A stretch of 64,000 nt of DNA from Myxococcota bacterium. Lineage in GTDB: Bacteria; Myxococcota; UBA4151. Below are positions 44,500 to 55,622 of this stretch, piece by piece (the stretch's first letter is position 1; every line of letters begins with the position of its first letter). The notes beneath the pieces are model-generated. The model had not been told where the DNA came from, searched no databases, and worked only from the letters and a program-made list of their open reading frames with translations. Location: NCBI GenBank assembly GCA_036338695.1, contig JAYZBQ010000009.1:1-64000 (forward strand), read 5' to 3'. A program made the translations under genes and the position numbers.

Positions 44500-45428
44500 T
44501 CTTCACACTCCTTACGGTGGCGCACCATCTCAAGCTGAATGCGCGCCACTAGGTCGGTTGAGGTGACCGTGTTGTTCAGCGGCCGACCATTGATCAAAAC
44601 ATAAGGCGTTCCTTTAAGTCCAGCACGAGAGCCCAAGGACTGACCTTGTTTGAACAGCGCTTTGATCGACGGATCGTTTCGGTCCTTATTCAACCGCTCA
44701 ACGTCCAGGCCCACCTTTTTGGCGAGCGTAACCAACATCTGCTCGTTCAAGCTCGGCTGATTTTCGAACAAAGCGTCGTGATAAGCCCAGAACTTATCTG
44801 CGCCCTGGCGCCAAGCTGCGAGCGCCGCCCGGCCCGCCTTCCCGCTCATCTCATTGCCGCCCATCTGAACCGGAATAAAAACCTTACGAACCGGGAGCTC
44901 GCTCGACATCACGGGCTTGAACTGCGGCACCGCCTGGGCGCAGTGGCCGCACATAAAATCAGCGAACTCCACCAGCTCGACCGCGGGCTGACCTGGCGCA
45001 ACGTTCGCCTTGAACGGGAGCCCCGCAAGGTCGAGCTGCGGGACCGGATCGGCGCACATCCCGTCGGTGATGAGTCGACCGAAAACCAGCTGCGCCTGGG
45101 TCTGACTGACCCCTGCCTCGAGCAGGCCCTTGAGCAAACCAGCATAAATCATCGCCTGCGTGCAGGGCTTCGGTTTCGACAGGCAGCCTGCCAGCGTGCG
45201 CGGGTTGTCGCAGCCGCACAGCTCTTCTTGCGCGATCGCGGCGAAGGGACGGCGCGCCGAGGGCGCCACGTTCTTGAGCGGGAAGCCAGCGAGCTCGGGC
45301 AGCGGCTCCTGCGCTTTCGGCGCCGGCGCCTGACTCGGGACGGCTTGCTTCTGAGGCGCCGAAGCAGGCTCGCTGGTGCTGCAGGCGCAGGTCAGCAGGG
45401 CACCGCAGAAGAGTATTGGTCGCAACAT
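44496..45428 (-). CDS. DsbA/thioredoxin-family lipoprotein with extra N-terminal Cys domain
   Basis: Lipobox TCAC; ELCGCDNPRTLAGC...C; VEFADFMCGHC; FWAYHDALF; GLKGTPYVLINGR. Confidence 0.88.
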   Translation of the reverse strand: MLRPILFCGALLTCACSTSEPASAPQKQAVPSQAPAPKAQEPLPELAGFPLKNVAPSARRPFAAIAQEELCGCDNPRTLAGCLSKPKPCTQAMIYAGLLKGLLEAGVSQTQAQLVFGRLITDGMCADPVPQLDLAGLPFKANVAPGQPAVELVEFADFMCGHCAQAVPQFKPVMSSELPVRKVFIPVQMGGNEMSGKAGRAALAAWRQGADKFWAYHDALFENQPSLNEQMLVTLAKKVGLDVERLNKDRNDPSIKALFKQGQSLGSRAGLKGTPYVLINGRPLNNTVTSTDLVARIQLEMVRHRKECEE

Positions 45429-45492
45429 GATGATTCCTTTCGATCGCCACCCGCCGAATGCGGCTAACCGTGCCGCTATGAACCGGTCAAGC

Positions 45493-48261
45493 TCAGTGAT
45501 GTAACTGGCTAACGGGTACTGGCTTCGGTTCTTCCTTTGGTTTGGGTCCGAGCAGCGTGGTGCGAACCTGCCCGCTCGCCAGCAGGCTCCGAGCCAACGC
45601 CTGGACGCCCTCAGGGGTGACGCCGCTTAGGGCTTTATCGAAGGCCTCACTGCGACCGACTCCGAGCCCATAGACGACGTCGAGCGCAAGCTCTTGGCAA
45701 CGGCTCATCGCCGTCTGACCCGTGACTCGGCGCACGCCTCGAAGGTACCTCTGCGCACGCTCGACCTCCTCTTGAGTGGGGCCCTTCTCGACGAAGGCGG
45801 CGAGCGTCTGATCAAGGACCTTCAAGCTCTCCTCGAGGCGCTCAGGCGCCGTCGAGTAGTGGACGGTCAACGCGCCGCCCTTGAGACCGATCACCGCATC
45901 CGCGCTGACCCCGTAGGTCAGCCCGCGATCTTCTCTCAAGGCGCGAAAAAGGCGCCCTGAGCTACCGCCAAGCACCTCGAGCAGGACCATGAGTTCGGGC
46001 TCGCGCTCATCGCCGATCGCAATGCCCGGCGCAGTCCGCACGACCTGCACCTGGCTGCGGTCGAGCTCAAGGAAACGCGGCGTCGAGTCGAGCGGCTGCT
46101 CATGCACGACGTCGCCAGCCAAGGGCACCGGCGTCCGAGGCTCGGGGTCGACAGGAAACGCAGCGATCAGGCGGTGAAGGACGCGCTGAACATCGAACTG
46201 ACCGACCACCGCAATCACCGGCGGGCGGCTCGAGTAATGCTCGTGATAGTGGGCGGCTAGCTGCGAAGCCGTCAGGTGGCGCACGGGCTCCTCCTCGCCC
46301 TCGAGGGGTAGACCATAGGGGTGCGCGCCAAAGACTGCGGTCAGCCCCTCCTGGTACGCCCTGTGCGCTGGGCGGTCGTCGCGACTACGGATCATCTCGA
46401 GGACACGCTGACGCTCACGATCGACCGCCTCCGTAGTCAACCGTGGGCGCTTGAGGACATCGATAAACAGGTCGAAGAACTCATCGAAGCGCTCTCGGAT
46501 CACCTCGCCGCGCAGCCCGAAACTCGATCGCCCTGGCAGCGCCGATAAGCTGGCGCCCATGTGGTCGATCTTCTTGGCCAGCTCGACCTCAGTGAAACGC
46601 TCAGAAGCTTGTGGGAGCACCTCGGCGAGCAAGCCGTGCAAGCCGGAGGTCCCAGCGGACTCAAGCAATTGGCCGCCGACCCAGGTGGCGCTGACCGCCG
46701 TGACCTCAGCGTCGTTGCTCGGCGAGAGCACCACCTGCACGCCCGAGGGGAGCCTCAGCGTGTAGCGCCCGCGCGCATCGGCTGCAGGCAGGGTCTGCGC
46801 CACCGCGGTCTCGCTTTGAGCCGCCGCCCATGCCCCTCGACTCACCGCCTCCAGCGTCGCCTGGGTAAAATCGCTCAAGCTGCCTTCGGGCAGCAGCACG
46901 TTGAGGTGCTGACGTCGCTCCGAGAAGAGGCGGCTCGCAAGCGCCTGAAGGTCGTGAGGCGTCGTGTGCCTGATCGCGTCGCGCTCGGTCCGCTCACGCT
47001 GCCAGCCACCTAAAAGCAACTCAAAATGTGCGAGACGGCTCGCCTCATCCTGAACCGTCTCGTTCTGAAAGGTCACCTGCGCCAAGAGCTGCGCCCGCGC
47101 ACGCCCGAGCGCATCGTCGCTCACCCCGAAGGCTGCGACCCGCGCCAGGCTGCGAATCACGCCGTCGACAGCAGCCCGCAAGCGAGCACCGTCTGTGGTG
47201 CCGCCGATGACCATGAGGCCGGGTCCGGCGGGATCGAAACCGTACGCAAAGACACCATTAACCACCTGACGCTCGTACTGAAGCGTGCGCACCAAGCGGC
47301 TGGACTCACCCTGACCGAGCACCGCCGCAAGCAGCGCCAGACTCGCCCGCTCCTCAAGGCTCATCGTGTCGAGAGAAAAACCAAACCCGAAGTGCGCCTG
47401 CGCCACTTGAGCGCGCTGGAGCTCGGTGGTTGACCCTTGTGCAGCCGCCGCTCTTTGCGCCACCTGAGCCGCCTGGTTGCTGCGCGTCCAAGACGCCCAG
47501 TCGCGATCGATCAGTCGCTGAACCTCGCCGGGCTCGACGTCCCCGTCGATGACCAAAAGGATCCGCTCAGGGTGATAATACAGGCGGTTGAACTCCAGCA
47601 GCTGCTCGTGACCAATCCGAGCCACCGCATCGATGCTGCCGGCGACGTCGCGCCCGTAAGGGTGCTTTGCGCCATAAGCTTGGCTAAACAGCGCCTGGCT
47701 CAGCTTTCGGCTCGGGCTGTCTTGATCTTCGCGGATCTCCTCGGCGACCACCTCGAGCTCTGAGCGTAAGTCCGCAGCCTCAAGGCGAGGGCGCTGAATC
47801 AGCTCGGCGAGGATCTGCATGCCGGTCTCGGTCGCCTCGTTGGGCAGCACGAGGTGGTAGACGGTCTCGTCAAAACTCGTCCAAGCGTTGATCTCGCCCC
47901 CCAAAGAGGCGACCGCGTTGTCGATTGCGCCTTGCTCGAAGCGCTTGGTCCCCTTGAACACCATGTGCTCGTGAACATGCGCAAGCCCTTCATGAGTGGG
48001 CACCTCGTCGGCGCTCCCCACCTGAACCCACGCTTGCAACGCCACGACACCGACGCCCTTGCGCTGCCTCACAAGGACCCTAAGCCCGTTGGCGAGTTTC
48101 TGAACCTTCGTCGCTTCCTCCGGCTCTTGTTTGATGGCGTCTGTACTCACTACCCCTACCTCATGTGAAACGGGCGTGATGGGCGCATGTTGGCAAGCGC
48201 TCCATCCCAACCCAACGAACCCGATCAGCCATCGAGTCCCCGTGCTCAAGCCACTCTTCAC
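45493..48261 (-). CDS. M16 (pitrilysin/insulinase) zinc metallopeptidase, two-module fusion
   Basis: VGSADE, GLAHVHEHMVFKGT (HxxEH), INAWTSFDETVY, HPYG twice, RLFRALREDRGLTY; possible lipobox WSAC. Confidence 0.93.
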   Translation of the reverse strand: MKSGLSTGTRWLIGFVGLGWSACQHAPITPVSHEVGVVSTDAIKQEPEEATKVQKLANGLRVLVRQRKGVGVVALQAWVQVGSADEVPTHEGLAHVHEHMVFKGTKRFEQGAIDNAVASLGGEINAWTSFDETVYHLVLPNEATETGMQILAELIQRPRLEAADLRSELEVVAEEIREDQDSPSRKLSQALFSQAYGAKHPYGRDVAGSIDAVARIGHEQLLEFNRLYYHPERILLVIDGDVEPGEVQRLIDRDWASWTRSNQAAQVAQRAAAAQGSTTELQRAQVAQAHFGFGFSLDTMSLEERASLALLAAVLGQGESSRLVRTLQYERQVVNGVFAYGFDPAGPGLMVIGGTTDGARLRAAVDGVIRSLARVAAFGVSDDALGRARAQLLAQVTFQNETVQDEASRLAHFELLLGGWQRERTERDAIRHTTPHDLQALASRLFSERRQHLNVLLPEGSLSDFTQATLEAVSRGAWAAAQSETAVAQTLPAADARGRYTLRLPSGVQVVLSPSNDAEVTAVSATWVGGQLLESAGTSGLHGLLAEVLPQASERFTEVELAKKIDHMGASLSALPGRSSFGLRGEVIRERFDEFFDLFIDVLKRPRLTTEAVDRERQRVLEMIRSRDDRPAHRAYQEGLTAVFGAHPYGLPLEGEEEPVRHLTASQLAAHYHEHYSSRPPVIAVVGQFDVQRVLHRLIAAFPVDPEPRTPVPLAGDVVHEQPLDSTPRFLELDRSQVQVVRTAPGIAIGDEREPELMVLLEVLGGSSGRLFRALREDRGLTYGVSADAVIGLKGGALTVHYSTAPERLEESLKVLDQTLAAFVEKGPTQEEVERAQRYLRGVRRVTGQTAMSRCQELALDVVYGLGVGRSEAFDKALSGVTPEGVQALARSLLASGQVRTTLLGPKPKEEPKPVPVSQLHH

Positions 48262-50180
48262 GGCAACCGACGAGGGTCGAGCAATCGCCCTTCAACGGCG
48301 CTTGCCGCAGCGACGGCGGGGCTCACCAACCACACCGGTCCCGGCGAGCCCATACGACGATCAAAGTTACGGTTGGTCGTCGAGGCGGTCACCTCGCCCG
48401 GTAAAGGGACCCCCGGTCCGTTCCCGATGCACGAGCCACAACCCGGCGGAGAGATCACCGCGCCAACCGCACGAAACACATGCAGCAGCCCATCTCGCTC
48501 CGCCCGCTCAGCGACCGCTTCCGACGAAGGCGTCACGGTCATCCGGACGCCGTCCGCGAGCGCTCGGCCGGACAAGACCTCGGCAGCAGCCTTGAGGTCG
48601 GCGTAACTGCCGCCGGTGCATGAAGCGATCACCACGTTGTGAATCGGCACCTCGGTGCATTCATCAAGCGGCTTTCGGTAGCGAGAGTCACCCGGCGAGG
48701 CGACCGTAAGAGGCACCTCTTCGAGCTGAAGGACCATGGTGCGAACGTACTGTGCGTCGGCGTCGGGATACACCAGCATCGGCTCGACATCGAGCGACTC
48801 GTCACGCTCGGCGAGGAAGCGCCTGATCGGATCACAAGGCTCGACCAAACCGGTCATCAAGCCACCCTCGACCGTCATGTTCGTGAGCACCGACAGCTCA
48901 TCGACGGTCCATTGATCCAGCCCCGTGCCACCGAATTGGACCACGCAGGTGTCCGTGGGACCTTCGCGCCAGTGCTCCTCCTTGAAGTAAGGGTCGCCGA
49001 TCAAGTGCAAGATCACGTCCTTGGGGCTTACCAGACCGCCGGCGTCGCCTTCGATGAGGACGCGCACGACCTTCGGCACCGTCACCGGGATCAAGCCCGT
49101 GCGCAGAGCGAAAGCCATCGCGGTCGAGCCGACGCCGAACGCAAAGGCGTTCAGAACGCCAGCGGTCGGGCTGTGTGAATCGGTAAGACAGAGCACCGTA
49201 CCTGGGAGCGCATAGTCCTCGAGCACCAGACGGTGACACACTCCCGCCGGTGCGTCGCGCCCAGGACCGTGCAAGGTCACGCCGTACTCCTGGCACGCCT
49301 CGACCATCTCTTGTGCCAGGCGCTGAGCGGGGAGGAGGCGCTTGGACTTGACCGACTCGGGAACGGTCGGCTCGTTGATCAGGACAAAGTGATCCTCGAA
49401 GCAGGCCACCAGCTCCGGGTTCTCGATCGGCGCGTCGCCATAAGCCTCTTTGTACAGGTTGATGACCATCCCCGCCGTGTACTCGTGCATGCCGCGAAAC
49501 CCAGCCCGGCAAAGGACCTGATCGCCGGGCTCGACGTTCGCCACGCCGTCGGGCTGTTGCTGCCCGCAATACACCTGCTGAGCGATGACCTTCTCCACTG
49601 CGTTTAGCGGGCGAGCGGGCTTGTCGAGCGCGTAAGTGGGCGCAAACGAGCCGTTCATCAGGTCGGTGCCAAACGGCAGCAATCCGCCCTTTGCGGCGAC
49701 CGAGCGAAAGAAATCAGGGAGCTCTTCCGCCAACGCGGCGAGGTCGACGTCCTCCCCAGACAGCAGCCGTTCAAGCACGGCGTAGTCGGTCGTAAACGGC
49801 AACCCCGAGTACACCATGTTCTCTTGGAAAATTCGCTGAAAACTGTCGGCGATGACCAGCTCGATGCCGGCGCCTTGATGCGCCACGACGGCGACCTCTC
49901 GGCTGGACCCGGAGCCGTAAGCGTCGCCGCCGACGATCACCTGAAACCCGCCCTGACGCACCTCATCTTCACCCACCGTCTCTTTGAAGTTCTTGAGGAA
50001 GTGGGGACCCAGGATCTCGGGCGTATAGCCCAGCGTGCACGCCTGACCCGAGATCATGGCGTCCGTGTTCACGGCGAAGTGTTTGGGGTCCTGACGTGCG
50101 TCGATCGTTTGACCATCGAGCTGCTGACGCAGGGCCTCTGCGTTGTCAGTCAAGTAGAGAACACGTCCAGTAAGCTTCAT
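48258..50180 (-). CDS. Aconitase/isopropylmalate-isomerase family hydratase, swivel domain fused N-terminally
   Basis: N-terminal NTDAMI, GSGSSRE, IFQEN (LeuD-like). Then VEKVI, EDH, GVCH, TDSH, FGVG, IASCTGG, GCGSCIG, STTNRNF..RMG, VSPAVAAASA (LeuC-like, three Fe-S Cys). Confidence 0.9.
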   Translation of the reverse strand: MKLTGRVLYLTDNAEALRQQLDGQTIDARQDPKHFAVNTDAMISGQACTLGYTPEILGPHFLKNFKETVGEDEVRQGGFQVIVGGDAYGSGSSREVAVVAHQGAGIELVIADSFQRIFQENMVYSGLPFTTDYAVLERLLSGEDVDLAALAEELPDFFRSVAAKGGLLPFGTDLMNGSFAPTYALDKPARPLNAVEKVIAQQVYCGQQQPDGVANVEPGDQVLCRAGFRGMHEYTAGMVINLYKEAYGDAPIENPELVACFEDHFVLINEPTVPESVKSKRLLPAQRLAQEMVEACQEYGVTLHGPGRDAPAGVCHRLVLEDYALPGTVLCLTDSHSPTAGVLNAFAFGVGSTAMAFALRTGLIPVTVPKVVRVLIEGDAGGLVSPKDVILHLIGDPYFKEEHWREGPTDTCVVQFGGTGLDQWTVDELSVLTNMTVEGGLMTGLVEPCDPIRRFLAERDESLDVEPMLVYPDADAQYVRTMVLQLEEVPLTVASPGDSRYRKPLDECTEVPIHNVVIASCTGGSYADLKAAAEVLSGRALADGVRMTVTPSSEAVAERAERDGLLHVFRAVGAVISPPGCGSCIGNGPGVPLPGEVTASTTNRNFDRRMGSPGPVWLVSPAVAAASAVEGRLLDPRRLP

Positions 50181-50298
50181 GGCGTCTTTCGATGCGTTGG
50201 ATAGGGCTGCGCCCTAACGAAAACCGGCGCAGCGCGCTAGCCATCTTGTCGCTCCACGCATTGCGCAACCGAGCGAGACGCTCCATGGTGCGCCGGTC

Positions 50299-50556
50299 AT
50301 GATGACTTCTGCCCTGATCGTTTTGGTGCGCGTCTACCAGCGGCTGATCTCACCGTTCATCGGTGGAAACTGCCGCTTTACGCCCACCTGCAGCGCGTAT
50401 GCCATTCAAGCGCTCGAGCGGCATGGTGCCCTGCGAGCTACGCCTTTGGTGCTCTGGCGGCTCCTTCGCTGCGGGCCATGGGGGGGATGTGGAGAGGACC
50501 CTGTCCCAGATCAGCCGGGCGTTTTTGTTTCGCGCCGCCAGCAAAACGGTGATTGA
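50299..50556 (+). CDS. yidD: Membrane protein insertion efficiency factor
   Basis: YQRLISP...CRFTPTCSAYA..ALERHG...RLLRCGPW...G.DPVP. Confidence 0.93.
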   Translation: MMTSALIVLVRVYQRLISPFIGGNCRFTPTCSAYAIQALERHGALRATPLVLWRLLRCGPWGGCGEDPVPDQPGVFVSRRQQNGD

Positions 50557-50609
50557 AATTCCAGCGGGTTTGGGTCAGCCAGAGGGCACCTAAGCTGGAG
50601 ACCCTGCTG

Positions 50610-53497
50610 ATGCGCGCCCTCACCGTACTCTTCGCCGCTGCGACCCTCGCAGGCTGCCCTGGGGCAGCCGATCCAGTCTCCGAGCCCATCTGCCGCAACG
50701 GTGTCGTTGAGGGCGCAGAGGCCTGCGACGACGGCAACGGGATCGACAACGACGGCTGCTCGAACACGTGCGTACCTAGCTTCTGCGGGGATGGCGTGAC
50801 CCACGAAACGGAAGCCTGCGACGACGCCAACGACAGCAACGAGGACGCATGCGTCGAAGGGTGCCAGACGGCGCGCTGCGGAGACGGTTTTACGCAGATT
50901 GGAGTCGAAGAATGCGACGACGCCAACGCGGAAGATGAAGATGCCTGTTTGAGCACCTGCCGCGCCAACGTCTGCGGCGACGGCATCATAAACGCCAACG
51001 TCGAGTTCTGCGACGACGGAAACCGAGTCGACACGGACGGCTGCACGAACGCGTGCGCACCCGCCCGCTGCGGTGACGGCGTCGTCCAAGAGGGCGTCGA
51101 AGCCTGCGATGACGGCAACGAGAGTGACACAGACGACTGCACCAGCGCCTGTGAACCGGCGCGCTGCGGTGATGGCTTCGTTCAAGCCGGCGAAGGCTGC
51201 GATGACGGCAACGAGGTCGACGACGACGAGTGCTCGAACGCCTGCACCCCAGCGAGCTGCGGGGACGGAATCGTTCAAGAAGGAGAGGCCTGCGACGACG
51301 GCAACGACGACGAGACCGACGCCTGCTTGAGCACCTGCGCACAGGCGCAGTGTGGGGACGGGCAAGTCCGAGCGGGCGTCGAGGAATGCGATGACGGCAA
51401 CGCGGAGAGCACCGACGAGTGCACGGCGCGCTGCACTGCGGCGCGCTGCGGCGATGGCTTCGTCCAAACGGGGGTCGAACAATGCGACGATGGGAACATC
51501 GTCGACACCGACGGCTGCACCAACGCCTGCGCACAAGCCCGCTGCGGCGACGGGATCGTCCAAGACGGCGCCGAGGCCTGCGACGACGGCAACGCAGTCC
51601 AAACCGATGCTTGCCTCAACAGCTGCGAGGTGGCGCGCTGCGGTGACGGCTTCGCGCACGAAGGCGTCGAGGCTTGTGACGACGGCAACGAACTCCAAAC
51701 CGATGCGTGCCTGAACGACTGCCAAGCGGCGGCCTGCGGTGACGGGTTCGTCCACGAAGGGGTTGAAGAGTGCGATGACCAGAACCGGAACGACAGCGAC
51801 CTGTGCATCTCAAACTGTCGAGACGCCCGCTGCGGAGACGGCTTCATCCTCGCTGGCAGCGAAGACTGCGACGACGGCAACGTCGAGAACGGTGACGGCT
51901 GCGATGATCAATGCGGAAACGAACGCCCGCAGGTCGACCCTGCCCAGAGCGCCGTCATACAGCGGTTGCTCAGCGGCGAGGCAGAGCGCGCCAGCCTCAG
52001 CCATGTGCTGATCACCTACGCCAACGCCTCGAACTTACAAGAGCGCGGCTTTGTGGTCCAAGCCGAGCGCAATGGCCGGGCGCTGGCGATCAGCGTATCG
52101 GCTGCCTCATTGGGGGTGCGCGCTGGCGACATCGTCTCGCTCGATGTGACGCGCATGTACTCGATCGGCGGCCTGCTGCGCGCCGCAGCGGTTGAGAACG
52201 TCCAGATCCTTGCGCGGAGCGAACCGCTCGGCCCGTGGACCCACGACTTCAACGTTCAGCGCACCTTGCCCACCGAGGCGATGGCGTTCTGGCGCGTCAG
52301 CGCACGATTATCGATCCCAGAGGATCTACGGTCAGCCGGTGGCAACTATGTGAGCGCGCCGGCGAACACCGCAGTCTTGGCGGACCGGCGCGAGGTGCAA
52401 CTGCGCATCAACAACACGCTGCAAGATGGGCTGTACGTCGAAGAAACCTGCGAGTTGACGGTCACGGGCGTGCCGCTGGTGCGCTATGGTGGCAACAGCC
52501 AGTACACCCCCACCCGACTCTCCGAGGTGACGCTCCACAGCTGCCCCCCCACCGAGCCGGTGGCGATCACGGCGACCTCAGCGACCGAACTGCGACTTGA
52601 GATGCGTCGCAACCTTCGCCCAGAGACGGTCAGCGCCGACGATTTCATGATCTCGATCGATCGCGTTGCGCCGCAGCTCGCCGTTCAGGCTGCTGCGGTC
52701 ACCAACGGTCGCTTCATCACGTTGACGACCGCCCCGCAGGTGTTGGGTCAACGTTACGAGATCCGGCGCGTCGGCGACGTGCTCGATTTGGCGGGTCAAA
52801 ATATCGCGCTCAGCACGCAGCCCATCGAGAGCTTCATCGGCTATCGCCCCCCTGCGCGCATGCTCATCAACGAGCTCAACGCAAACGCAAGCAGCGGCTG
52901 TGACTTGATCGAGTTTCGCGTCACCCAAGGCGGGTTGCTGCGGCACGTCGTCAAAGAGCGCACGGCCGTGGTGTACGCCTTTCCTGAGGTCGTGGTCGCA
53001 ACCGATGACATCGTCGTGCTCCACTTCAACCGCGGCAACGCCAACTGCGTCCAGAGCAACCCGGCCGGTCAGACACCGGGCTATGAGGCGGAGTCCACCT
53101 CGCAGTTTGCGCAGGCACAGATCGCAGCGAACTATGACACCGCATGGGATCATTGGACCACCGACTCGGGGCTTACGGCGACCGACAACGTCATCTCGCT
53201 CCTGCTCGATGACACGATCGTCGATGCGGTCCTCGTAAGCGATGCGCCTACAGGGAACGCCGCAGCGGCTTCCGAGAGCGCCGCACGGACGGTGGCGGCG
53301 GCGAGCCAGTGGACGACCGAGGCGGGTCAAGTACCCGAAGGTGGATTTGTCGACGGCGACTTCAACGCTCACGCCGCGCAAGACCTCAACGGCGCCGGCA
53401 CACGCAACGGCACCAACAGCATCCGGCGCACAGGTCAAACTGACCGCAACCACAAAGGCGACTGGAGCTTTGGCGCCAGCTCGTTCGGGCGCGCCAA

Positions 53498-53501
<4 letters not shown>
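50610..53501 (+). CDS. Lipoprotein with 13 myxobacterial Cys-rich repeats, OB-fold-like, Ig-like and lamin-tail-like domains
   Basis: ATG 50610 after GGAG; lipobox LAGC; 13 x CGDG...E-x-CDDGN...D-x-C-x3-C; GFVVQ...VRAGDIV; MLINEL...DLIEF. Confidence 0.85.
50691..51914 (+). repeat. Coding tandem repeat, 13 units of about 93-96 bp
   Basis: Recurrent tgcggcgacggc...tgcgacgacggcaac; units diverged at the DNA level. Confidence 0.9.
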
Positions 53502-55558
<2,057 letters not shown>

Positions 55559-55622
55559 CATTACTCCAAACGTGACGATGGTTGGGATGCCCAATTCGTC
55601 GCAATTCGGCTAGAGGCTAAGC

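Noticed and set aside
50511..51880. Repetitive minus-strand ORFs and a possible CRISPR-like periodicity
   Set aside because: The units are in-frame degenerate Cys-rich protein repeats, with no identical repeat-spacer structure and no cas genes.
55559..55622. LexA/SOS box upstream of uvrB
   Set aside because: No convincing palindrome or known LexA motif is recognisable.
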